From assembly GCA_046761065.1 (NCBI GenBank), contig JBHIFL010000080.1, positions 1-18,142 of the forward strand: a stretch of DNA of 18,142 nt, written 5' to 3'. Position numbers and translations under genes: made by a program. Each line of letters starts with the position of its first letter. Position 1 is the stretch's first letter. The notes under the pieces were generated by a model. The model had not been told where the DNA came from. It saw nothing but the letters and a program-made list of their open reading frames with translations, and did not search any database. The stretch is from Candidatus Heimdallarchaeota archaeon. GTDB taxonomy: Archaea > Asgardarchaeota > Wukongarchaeia > Wukongarchaeales > JBHIFL01. Shown here in pieces: positions 8,596 to 16,695 of this stretch.

Positions 8596-9735
8596 TTATT
8601 TAAGACCAGCGAGATATTCAGCCATGGCTGTTGCAGCTTTTGCGGTCTTATCAATGGTCGCTTCTTCAACTTTTTCGCAGGTATCACTGAATTGATGATA
8701 ATCTTCATAGGACCAAAACATTAGAAGTACAGATGGAATTCCTTCTTCAAAAAATGGCCAGTGATCACTAGCTGGAAGTGGTTCATCCCATTGAATATCG
8801 AACTCTCCTCTAAGGTGTTGATCCAAAACCGAAGCAATTTGTTGTTTGAACCATTCAGGAGCCGCCCAGACCCAAAGGAAATCACCCTTTCCAACCATAT
8901 CAAGGTTGATTACGTTTTTTACTCTGGCGAGTTGTCCTTGTTCTTTTAGAGTCTTAACATAATAGTAAGACCCAAAAAAAGTATATTCTTCTGCCCCAAA
9001 CGCGATAAATTTTACCGTTTTCTTTGTTGCACCTTTTTCACTTAATGCTTTTGCAACCCTTATCATTGCATCTACACCACTTGCGTTATCATCTGCTCCA
9101 AGGGATCCAAACGTCGAATCATAATGAGCAGAGACAATAATTTCTTCCTCCGGGAAAGCAGAGCCTCGTAGGGTGCCAATAATATTTTGTGTTTCAAGGT
9201 TTGGAACCAATTTTCCTGCAATATCCATCCATACGCGGATTTCTTCACCAGCAGCTAATTTTTCTTGAAAATGATTATGAGTTTCTTGTCTAACAATAAT
9301 ATAAGGAGCACATCCATATATTTTGCCTAAATCTAGCAAAGGGAAATTAATAGCTGCCCCATCTATATGAGCTATGAGATACCCAAGAAGCATCCCATAG
9401 TCATCGACTATCGCATATTTTGGCCATTCAAAGAGTTTTGGGATAATATACATAGTCCCAACATACTCAACTTTTCCTCTAACTCCTCCTTTAGGAGTAC
9501 TATCACTAAACATAACAATACCTGCTGGGATCTCCTTCTGCTCTGGTTTTAATAACTTTAATATAGGTTTTCGCGTCATTTCCCAGCCGAGAAACTTGAA
9601 TTTTTGCCATTCTACTTCTAATCCAAGCTCTTACATTTTTTCTGTAATGTATTCCGCAGCTTCTCGATCTGCTTCGGTACCAGCTCGCCGCTCCCCAATT
9701 GTTTCTGAAAGATATTTTATCACTTCACTTACCAT
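8596..9735 (-). pseudogene. M28 family zinc aminopeptidase with probable PA-like insert, interrupted by an in-frame TAA at 9631-9633
   Basis: Zn-ligand motifs intact: SAHYDS, GADDNASG, FGAEE, NLDMVG, SDH, YH..SDT. An in-frame ATG at 9735 gives MVSEVIKYLSETIGERRAGTEADREAAEYITEKM*ELGLEVEWQKF..., the typical M28 N-terminus, which the ORF track missed. Confidence 0.85.
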
Positions 9736-9960
9736 TCTGAATCAACCTTAGCAAGTTTCTGTATAGCTAATTATTAAAAGGACTCTATATATAGATTATG
9801 ATGGCACTCCTGGCGTGGGACTTAGCTCTTAAAGATAGAACCAACTGTAAAACTCAATTGATATAAAGATAAGTTAGTACCAACAATCTTTACTAATTTT
9901 GCTAAGATTTCTTCTCGCCTAAACAGTTTACCATCAAGTCGAAGACGATAAGATGAACTG

Positions 9961-11133
9961 TTATTCAACATTTGTATGTTCTGCACGCATAGTTGCCTCA
10001 TCGATCTCAAAATCAAAAGCCAATTGAGCGACGATACTGTCTAAGACAATAGCTGTGATGAACTCAAAAGTTGGGATGAATTGTTCGACATTCTGAACTT
10101 CTTCTTCAAATTGACTGACGCGGGTGTTACGCCCTTCGATGATTAAGGAATGGTCACTTACCTGAGCAAGTTGCGAGTCAGAAAACCCTGTGATACCGAT
10201 GAGATTCATATGAGCTTTCTTCGCCATGTTCGCATATTCCAGAACTACATGGGTTTCACCAGAGCCTGAGAGGATCGTAACCACATCACCAGCATTTCTG
10301 AATCGCCAGTCATATGTTTGGCGAACTTTTATCCCTAAATGTTGAAATCTCATAGCTGCCATATGAGCCACAATTCCGGAAAGCCCAGCTCCAACGAAAT
10401 ATGTAGCAGGGCGCTTTGTCACCTGATTGGATATTAAATTCCGATAGATATCAAGAATCTTTTCAATAGGATGATAATCCTTATTCAATTTTTGTTGAAC
10501 TTTTCTTCCTTGCTCAACAATTTGCTTCGTGATTTGTATGAAGTCCTTTTCGATTTCATCAGAGGAGATAGATAATGCGATTCCAATACCCACAAGCATT
10601 GCTGATAATTCATTCACCGTTCCCATAGGAGCTAAGGGGCTACTTGCTCCATTAAGTTGTTTAAGAATATAACTCCATTCCTTAGAGACTTCCTTGACTC
10701 CAGGAATCTTGATGACAATATCGCTAAGCCTACCAAGTTTCGATCGTTCATGACCAACTAGGCTTACGATCTTAGCTCCACGGAGGATGCTAGCCTCAAC
10801 ATTATGAAGAGTAGTCTGGGTCCAACCACTTCCACTAACAGCAATAACAACATCATTCTTCCGAATCGGCCGCGCAAGTGTCTTTCCGGGATAAGATACC
10901 TCAAATCCCTTATCTTTTAAGAGTTCTCCAATAGTCATACCAGCCCTAAAGGAACGACCCATACCCACAACATGAATAAGGTTTTTTGCAGTCTTCGCTT
11001 TACACAATTGTGTAGTAACTTGATTAAGAAGATCAGGTGTGGCAGCGACTGTTTCACATGTCGAATGGGTTACAGAAAGAAGGAAATCCATAGCATTTTT
11101 GAAGGCAGAAAGGTTCCCTTTGGAAACCAGCAT
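9961..11133 (-). CDS. Tandem SIS-domain protein, duplicated 6-phospho-3-hexuloisomerase (PHI/HxlB)-like
   Basis: Two SIS units: 'VGMGRS...DVVIAVSGSGWT...APMGTVNE' and 'VGAGLSG..A..AAMRFQHLG...DVVTILSGSGET...FE'. The C-terminus 'MRAEHTNVE' resembles the PHI 'M..RHANLE' end. Confidence 0.85.
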   Translation of the reverse strand: MLVSKGNLSAFKNAMDFLLSVTHSTCETVAATPDLLNQVTTQLCKAKTAKNLIHVVGMGRSFRAGMTIGELLKDKGFEVSYPGKTLARPIRKNDVVIAVSGSGWTQTTLHNVEASILRGAKIVSLVGHERSKLGRLSDIVIKIPGVKEVSKEWSYILKQLNGASSPLAPMGTVNELSAMLVGIGIALSISSDEIEKDFIQITKQIVEQGRKVQQKLNKDYHPIEKILDIYRNLISNQVTKRPATYFVGAGLSGIVAHMAAMRFQHLGIKVRQTYDWRFRNAGDVVTILSGSGETHVVLEYANMAKKAHMNLIGITGFSDSQLAQVSDHSLIIEGRNTRVSQFEEEVQNVEQFIPTFEFITAIVLDSIVAQLAFDFEIDEATMRAEHTNVE

Positions 11134-11286
11134 AAAATCCGACCAATTGTTCTAATCGAGATAAAATCCTATTTGAGTTTTATAAAGATTTTACTATTAT
11201 TTGTGTCTCATATATTGCAAACCGACATAAAAAAGATTATTGCGAGATACTGATCAGGTCTTTTGTAGGGAAGAAAAGTTATAGTT

Positions 11287-11502
11287 TTATGATTCAATTA
11301 ACTTCACAAGATCTTTAGAATCAAGGATAAGGTAGCCGTATCCAAAATACCCACAATTGCTACAAACATATCGTTGAGGTGCTAACCAGCCACTTGTCGA
11401 TTCATGAAAGCGTTTTAACTTTGGTTTAAGACACCGAGGACATACCATAATTTCATTCTTAGGTTTTCTTTTTATTTTGCGCAAAAATGTGAGTAGGCCC
11501 AT
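11287..11502 (-). CDS. Small zinc-ribbon protein with basic amphipathic N-terminal helix
   Basis: 'CPRC...SGWLAPQRYVCSNCGY.G' has two CxxC. N-terminus is MGLLTFLRKIKRKP. Confidence 0.8.
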   Translation of the reverse strand: MGLLTFLRKIKRKPKNEIMVCPRCLKPKLKRFHESTSGWLAPQRYVCSNCGYFGYGYLILDSKDLVKLIES

Positions 11503-11564
11503 TTATAATTCCATCACTTCATAAACCAATGAAATTCTTAGGTTTTTCGGTTACAGTTAATCAT

Positions 11565-11792
11565 TTAATGTTCTGTGTGTTCTAGGAGATACAGAGCCAA
11601 AAAAAAGATCACAGTAATAGTAACTATGAAAAACGCAAACGCCATGGTGTACTCACGTTTCAAAGCCAACAGGGCCACAACAATACCTAGAGCTCCACCA
11701 ATTGTGATAATCCCTAACCAGGCGGTTAATTCACTAATTTCTCTCTTTGCGTGTCTGCGTGACACGACATCACCTTCAGGTAAACCAATCAA
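11565..11792 (-). CDS. Small two-TM membrane protein, unknown function
   Basis: Two hydrophobic helices separated by KRE; co-oriented with its neighbours; TTG start. Confidence 0.6.
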   Translation of the reverse strand: MIGLPEGDVVSRRHAKREISELTAWLGIITIGGALGIVVALLALKREYTMAFAFFIVTITVIFFLALYLLEHTEH

Positions 11793-11936
11793 AATTAAGT
11801 TAACACATCTTTCTTCATTTTATAGAAATTAAAGCCCGCAAAGGAGCAGATGCTAGACTTTAATTTGAAATTTCCTTAAAAATTTTGTGGCTAAGTTCAA
11901 ATAAAAGAATGGTCCAGCTTATAAACAGAAAAGATC

Positions 11937-12398
11937 CTACTCTCCATGCCTTTTTTGAAGTTCAATAAGCTCTTGAGAAACATAAATAGGCGCATCCGCT
12001 GTTAGAGCCAGCAATACCGCCTGACTGGGAACCATCTGGTATTGTAATTCATTTGAAAAGCCTTCCACTTTCAAACGTGTTGTGGCGGCGAAAGCGCTGC
12101 TTTTAGGGACAATACAGTCGATTGTTGTTGAGATAACTTGGCTGATCTCACAAAGAACATCATGACAAGAGTGTCGAGAATCAGGGTTTGATTTATTGTG
12201 GAGTCTTCTAAGGATCGCTGTAGCTGTATCAAGGGGGATTCCTGCCATGATAAATTCACTACCGTCCTCTAAATGCATACGAAGCATAGGTAAGCTATTT
12301 ATCATCCCCTTCCCCGGATTAAGGGTGGGATTCGGAACCAGCACTTCAATATCTAAAACTTGTAGATCACTCACCAACACAGTTATCTCCATTAGCAA
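11937..12398 (-). CDS. Bifunctional nuclease (DUF151/BFN) domain protein
   Basis: 'SRHSCHDVL' resembles RPLTHDL. 'VPSQAVLLAL..DAPIYVSQEL' resembles RPSDAIALAL...PIYV. Confidence 0.7.
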   Translation of the reverse strand: MLMEITVLVSDLQVLDIEVLVPNPTLNPGKGMINSLPMLRMHLEDGSEFIMAGIPLDTATAILRRLHNKSNPDSRHSCHDVLCEISQVISTTIDCIVPKSSAFAATTRLKVEGFSNELQYQMVPSQAVLLALTADAPIYVSQELIELQKRHGE

Positions 12399-12700
12399 GG
12401 GTTCAATGCCCTGATTCCTCTAAAAGACTTTAGTTTTCTGATACTTCAAAAAGTTTTTGAATTACAGAGGCGCAAGGATGTCCTATAATGAGAATAACAG
12501 TGAAATCATAAATATATCTGAAAAGAACAACGAGTGATTAGGTAAATTCTCTCACAAAAAATTGTATTAAAATTAAAACATGAACTACTTCATGCACAAA
12601 CTCAGGAATCTTTGGAGTTGTACTGTCATATTGGGTTTTCACTATGAGTTTGGTTACGTTTTTTAACAAGTTTCTATCTTCCACTGAATGGGTGCCATTA

Positions 12701-13288
12701 ATGGCCAAAATATTTCATGTTGTAAAAGGTGATCTACAAGAGGAAAATACCTCAGAATTTTATAATGGAGATGTCTACATCGTCGATGCAGGAATGAAAA
12801 TTTGGGTCTGGACAGGCTCAAAAAGCAGCGTAGATGAAAAATTCGCAGGAGCGTTCATCAGTAAGCAGATGGATCTAGAGCGAAGAGATTATCCCAAGCT
12901 ACTGCATATCGAAGAAGGTACTGAATCGCCAGAATTTCTTGCCCTCTTACCTGGAGCGTTGCAGATACGAGAAGGAGGGGAAACCGGCATTTTAGTACCA
13001 CCACCAGAGCAACCCAAACCCAAACCCAAACTATACAGAATAGACAGCGAGTCGGGGCGAACCTATGAAGTTCCTCTTAGCAGGGGATCATTAGATGGAG
13101 AAGACAGTTTCGTGTTAGATGCGGGGATGAAAATCTGGGTCTGGCGAGGTTCTCAGTCTACCATGATGGAAAAATTCGATGCCGCGAAACTGGGCCGCGA
13201 TTTAGATGCCGCAAGAGCATATGAACCCGATACAGAAGTCATTGAAGAAGGAAATGAACCTCCCCAATTTTGGAAACATTTTGAATAG
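12701..13288 (+). CDS. Two-domain gelsolin-like protein (Asgard 2DGel type)
   Basis: Two gelsolin repeats: 'FYNGDVYIVD...IWVWTGSKSSVDEKFAGA...IEEGTESPEF' and 'LDGEDSFVLD...IWVWRGSQSTMMEKFDAA...IEEGNEPPQFW'. ATG 12701 has a GGTG RBS (the ORF track starts at 12644). Confidence 0.92.
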   Translation: MAKIFHVVKGDLQEENTSEFYNGDVYIVDAGMKIWVWTGSKSSVDEKFAGAFISKQMDLERRDYPKLLHIEEGTESPEFLALLPGALQIREGGETGILVPPPEQPKPKPKLYRIDSESGRTYEVPLSRGSLDGEDSFVLDAGMKIWVWRGSQSTMMEKFDAAKLGRDLDAARAYEPDTEVIEEGNEPPQFWKHFE

Positions 13289-13500
13289 TCCAGTTTAACA
13301 GTTGAGTCCTTTTCTTGACGATGTTTTCTATCGTCCTCCCTTCTTTTTTGATTCAAGCAAATATTGAACTTAGAATATACAATGAGTTCTCCGAATAAAT
13401 GTTATTTATTTTTCATAAATAAAAAGATAAATACATAAAATTAGTGGAAAAAAAGTGGAGTGAAGGTGATTTGAGTAATCATCCTCAAAAGGCGATAAAA

Positions 13501-14055
13501 ATGTCTTTTGGCTCAGCGACGACGTATGATTATCTATTTAAGGTTATTGTTGTTGGAGATGGCGCCGTTGGTAAAACAGCATTATCATTTAGATTTGATA
13601 CAGGGAAGTTCGAGCAAAGCTACAAGATGACTATCGGCGCTGATTTCTTCGTGAAGATAATCGAAGTCGAGGCCCGAGGGATGAAACACCGAGTCAAACT
13701 GCAGATCTGGGATACCGCAGGGCAAGAACGATTTGGTTCAATCAGACCTTTATATTATCGCGGAGCGAACGGCGGATTTGTTGTTTTTGATGTGACGAAC
13801 CGAAAATCCTTTATCAATTTAGAAAAGAAATGGTTCAACGAAGTATACCAATATTGTGGACATATCCCTCTTATTTTGTTAGGAAACAAAATAGACTTAG
13901 AAGAATTACGGGCTGTATCTATGAATGAAGGTCAAGAAATAGCTACGGAACAGGAACTACAATTTTTTGAAACAAGCGCCAAGACTGGTCAAAATGTAGA
14001 TAAAGCCTTTTTAAACCTTGGAGAACGCCTTTTAGAAAAGGCAAAAAAGGTTTGA
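13501..14055 (+). CDS. Rab-like small GTPase (Ras superfamily)
   Basis: G1 GDGAVGKT, G2 T, G3 DTAGQE, G4 NKID, G5 ETSAK. RabF-like motifs IGADF, KLQIW, RFGSI, YYRGA, VVFDVT, plus N-terminal YDYLFK. Start uncertain (13444 GTG, 13471 TTG or 13501 ATG). Confidence 0.95.
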   Translation: MSFGSATTYDYLFKVIVVGDGAVGKTALSFRFDTGKFEQSYKMTIGADFFVKIIEVEARGMKHRVKLQIWDTAGQERFGSIRPLYYRGANGGFVVFDVTNRKSFINLEKKWFNEVYQYCGHIPLILLGNKIDLEELRAVSMNEGQEIATEQELQFFETSAKTGQNVDKAFLNLGERLLEKAKKV

Positions 14056-14359
14056 ACAGCTAATTTTAGCTAATAGCATCGAATATGATCATGTTTAGAA
14101 GTAAGTTGTTATATTTCACAGTATGGATATTTGGGGTTTATGTGTAGTAAAGTCGTCTAATTGCTCCTATCACAATGTGGACCACAGTAGATAGGTCCCC
14201 AATCAATTTTACTTAACATTTTATTTCGATGACGTGTCCCAATGGTTCCTTTGGGGATCCAACATCTTTGAAATCCTAGATAGTCTTTATTACGAGAAAA
14301 TATTACAAAAAGTTTATCTAGTTCATTCCACTGAATCAGTAACTAGTGAAGTAAATGGG

Positions 14360-14734
14360 ATGAATTTTTTGGTAAAAAAAGCCTTCGAAGAACGAGTTAA
14401 AGAAACGACAAAAAAAGCGTCTAAAGTTATTAAACGCCTTCCGGACGAAATGAAACCTCGAGCAAAAGAAACTCTGACTGAATTCACTCAGGAGCTTGAG
14501 CAGCTATATAAATTCCTTGTGATCACTGATAAAGACGTTGAAGGGCTTGTCGTAGAGACTCGCAAAGTAACTTTGGAAGAAAAAAACATGGAAACACTCA
14601 AACGTATCTGTGATATTCTCTATAATACCTATGTCAAGATGGGGAAAAAAGAAGCAGCAAACGAATGGAAAAAAAAGGCCGAAGCAATAGATCAGTCGGG
14701 ATCAAGAGTCAATCAAGTGAATACGCATTTGTAG
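14360..14734 (+). CDS. Hypothetical all-helical charged protein with a TPR-like C-terminal hairpin
   Basis: K/E-rich helical sequence starting MNFLVKKAFEERV; 'LYNTYVKMGKKEAANEWKKKA' resembles a TPR helix pair. The GTG 14234 extension looks non-coding. Confidence 0.7.
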   Translation: MNFLVKKAFEERVKETTKKASKVIKRLPDEMKPRAKETLTEFTQELEQLYKFLVITDKDVEGLVVETRKVTLEEKNMETLKRICDILYNTYVKMGKKEAANEWKKKAEAIDQSGSRVNQVNTHL

Positions 14735-14866
14735 GATAATCCTCTCTAAATAGGATGGGAGTTGTTACTGATAAAAAGTTAGTATTAATTCCATCAGGGC
14801 CAAAAAAAGAGTTTCCATTGAGCACCGTTTGAACAATCGATTCTTATTGTCTTTTGAATTGTAATA

Positions 14867-14894
14867 TTTATATAAGATTCCTGACTAAAGTCAG
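14867..14894 (+). promoter_or_regulatory. Putative TATA box (TTTATATA) followed by a 14-bp palindrome CTGACT-AA-AGTCAG
   Basis: TATA at 14867-14874, palindrome at 14881-14894, GGAGG RBS at 14934-14938, ATG at 14945. Confidence 0.5.
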
Positions 14895-14944
14895 TTAATC
14901 CTGTCGCTGTCATTTAAGGTGATTTTTCTTCTTGGAGGCGTCCT

Positions 14945-16438
14945 ATGCTGATTACAGTTTCTACAGGATGTGATTCACTAGATCTATTATTAGGAGGAGG
15001 GTTCCAAGAAGGTAGCGCCACTTTGATTCGCGGAGGAGCAGGAACTGGCAAGACGACTCTTGCTGTACAATTTCTTGTTGAAGGGGCTAATGTCAATAAT
15101 GAGGTAGGACTTTATATTATATGTGAAGAAGATCCTCTCCGAATGCTGGGCCAGTTTGATAAACTTAAACTTGGTGATTTAGTAAAAAAAGGTCAAATAA
15201 TCATCTTAGATCTGGCACAAGCGCGAATTGGTGTGACTCGAAACTATCTCTCTCCAAATATTGTTCATTGTCCTGAAGCGGACTTAAATCCAGCATTACT
15301 CTACATATTTGAACTTATTGAGGAGAAAAAAATTAAAAGAGTGGTATTGGATAGTATTGAGGCTTTTATGACATTTGCAATTAGAGAAGTTATTCCAACC
15401 CGCGATGTTTTATTCCGAATTATCGAATATTGCCGAAGAGAAGGAGTTACATCTCTACTTATTTCTGAAAAACAGGAAAAAACCAATCAATTACGCGCTG
15501 AACCTTTTGAAGAACATATGGTTGATGGTGTCATTATTTTAGGAAGAGAATTCATAGGAAAAGAAGCTACTCGTACTCTACAAATCCAAAAGATGCGAGG
15601 TAGCGAGCATGATTCCAGAATTCACCCTATTAGAATTACAGATTCTGGTATTGAGCTGATCTTACCAAGGATTAGGAAACCGAGAAGAAAAACTACTAGT
15701 AAAACCGTATTCGGGATGCAAGACTTAGATGCCTTTTTACCTATGTCTCAAGAAGGTATTATCCTTCTTGAGACAGATTCCCAGAGTTTCCACTGGCGCT
15801 CTCTTGTTATTAAGTTCATGCACGAAGGATTTAGAAATAATGAACCAATCATCTACCTCATCTCGGGAAAAGAATCGCGACAGATAGCTGAAGAATTTCT
15901 TGAGAATATGAAATCTTCGAGAGAACGAGAAAAAGTACATGAAACTCGCTATTTAACTATTATCGATGCACTTAGAAATAGTAGGTATCAAGAGTTAATT
16001 AAATCCACTGGGAGTCCTGATTATGTGCGATACCTTAACACAAAAATCCCACATGATCTTCAAAGCAATTATAAACTCATTCTCAGCATTGAAAAAGATC
16101 TTCGAGATCAATACCGATTTTCGAAAGAGTCAAACTTGCTTAGGGAAGTGGAAATCCTTTCAGAACGTGCACTTGAATTAGGTGAGACTAATTTACTCCG
16201 GTATTTAAATAGTTATTATTTTCAGCTGCTTTCTCGCCGCTTACTTTGTCTTGGGATACTTAATACCGAGATCCATAGCTCAAAATTCACTAAGACGATC
16301 GAATTCTTAGCAGATGTCATTATCCAGACGAGGAATAAAGAAGGTCAGGATCTTATTCAGGTAATCAAATCGCCTTGGGGACAGTCCCGACTCTTTGTCA
16401 TGGGTTCTACTGCAGAGGCCTTATTGAAACCTATTTAA
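14945..16438 (+). CDS. KaiC/RAD55-like RecA-fold ATPase with an intact N-terminal and a degenerate C-terminal domain
   Basis: N domain: 'STG...LDLLLGGG', Walker A GGAGTGKT, catalytic EE, Walker B RVVLDS, 'DGVIIL', Arg finger KMRG. C domain: 'FGMQDLDAFL' and 'FLADVIIQ', but no Walker A and KSP in place of KxR. Confidence 0.88.
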   Translation: MLITVSTGCDSLDLLLGGGFQEGSATLIRGGAGTGKTTLAVQFLVEGANVNNEVGLYIICEEDPLRMLGQFDKLKLGDLVKKGQIIILDLAQARIGVTRNYLSPNIVHCPEADLNPALLYIFELIEEKKIKRVVLDSIEAFMTFAIREVIPTRDVLFRIIEYCRREGVTSLLISEKQEKTNQLRAEPFEEHMVDGVIILGREFIGKEATRTLQIQKMRGSEHDSRIHPIRITDSGIELILPRIRKPRRKTTSKTVFGMQDLDAFLPMSQEGIILLETDSQSFHWRSLVIKFMHEGFRNNEPIIYLISGKESRQIAEEFLENMKSSREREKVHETRYLTIIDALRNSRYQELIKSTGSPDYVRYLNTKIPHDLQSNYKLILSIEKDLRDQYRFSKESNLLREVEILSERALELGETNLLRYLNSYYFQLLSRRLLCLGILNTEIHSSKFTKTIEFLADVIIQTRNKEGQDLIQVIKSPWGQSRLFVMGSTAEALLKPI

Positions 16439-16695
16439 TTTTCAATTAGAAGAAGCACTGTTATTACTAATCATGAAGCTTTGAATCATGTAAAAAATGG
16501 AGTAAGATATCAGTATATATGATTTTTTTCATTTATCATTGAATTCCCTTTATATACACCAACCATTTTACTGCGACTTTGCATTGTCCCAAGAGTATTA
16601 AATACAATTGCCTTCTCTTAAATTGGAGAAAAGTTTACCTGAGCGACCTCTTATAGGAAAAGAAACATTATTGACATAAAAGGTGGATACATCCA

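Noticed and set aside
9631-9633. TAA reassignment or readthrough (in-frame TAA here and at 3442-3444)
   Set aside because: TAA is the normal terminator of many intact genes in the window, including the RLP, the KaiC-like ATPase, the tandem SIS protein and the M28 gene itself.
161-9811. 9-bp direct repeat GGCACTCCT at 161 and 9803 as island boundaries
   Set aside because: A 9-mer match is expected by chance in 18 kb, and there is no integrase or tRNA.
12397-12413. tRNA T-arm-like sequence AGGGTTCAATGCCCT
   Set aside because: No acceptor, D or anticodon arms, and it abuts the DUF151 start.
7719-14055. Eukaryote-like prenylation pathway acting on the Rab-like GTPase (ICMT-like enzyme plus prenol kinase)
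   Set aside because: The GTPase has no C-terminal Cys, no prenyltransferase is present, and both enzyme families are widespread in prokaryotes.
14070-14220. Cys-rich minus-strand reading (MLSKIDWGPIYCGPHCDRSN*...PYCEI*...IRCY*) as a decayed gene
   Set aside because: Multiple stops and no recognisable family, so it cannot be told apart from chance.
406-15940. Short ORF-track entries overlapping larger genes (e.g. 406-612, 1970-2167, 3740-3943, 5057-5287, 6610-6846, 8761-8949, 10972-11253, 11575-11832, 13153-13356, 15301-15486, 15737-15940)
   Set aside because: Antisense or out-of-frame shadows of well-supported genes, with no motifs of their own.
14945-16438. Circadian clock KaiC
   Set aside because: No kaiA or kaiB nearby, and the CII-equivalent domain lacks Walker A and the phosphosites.
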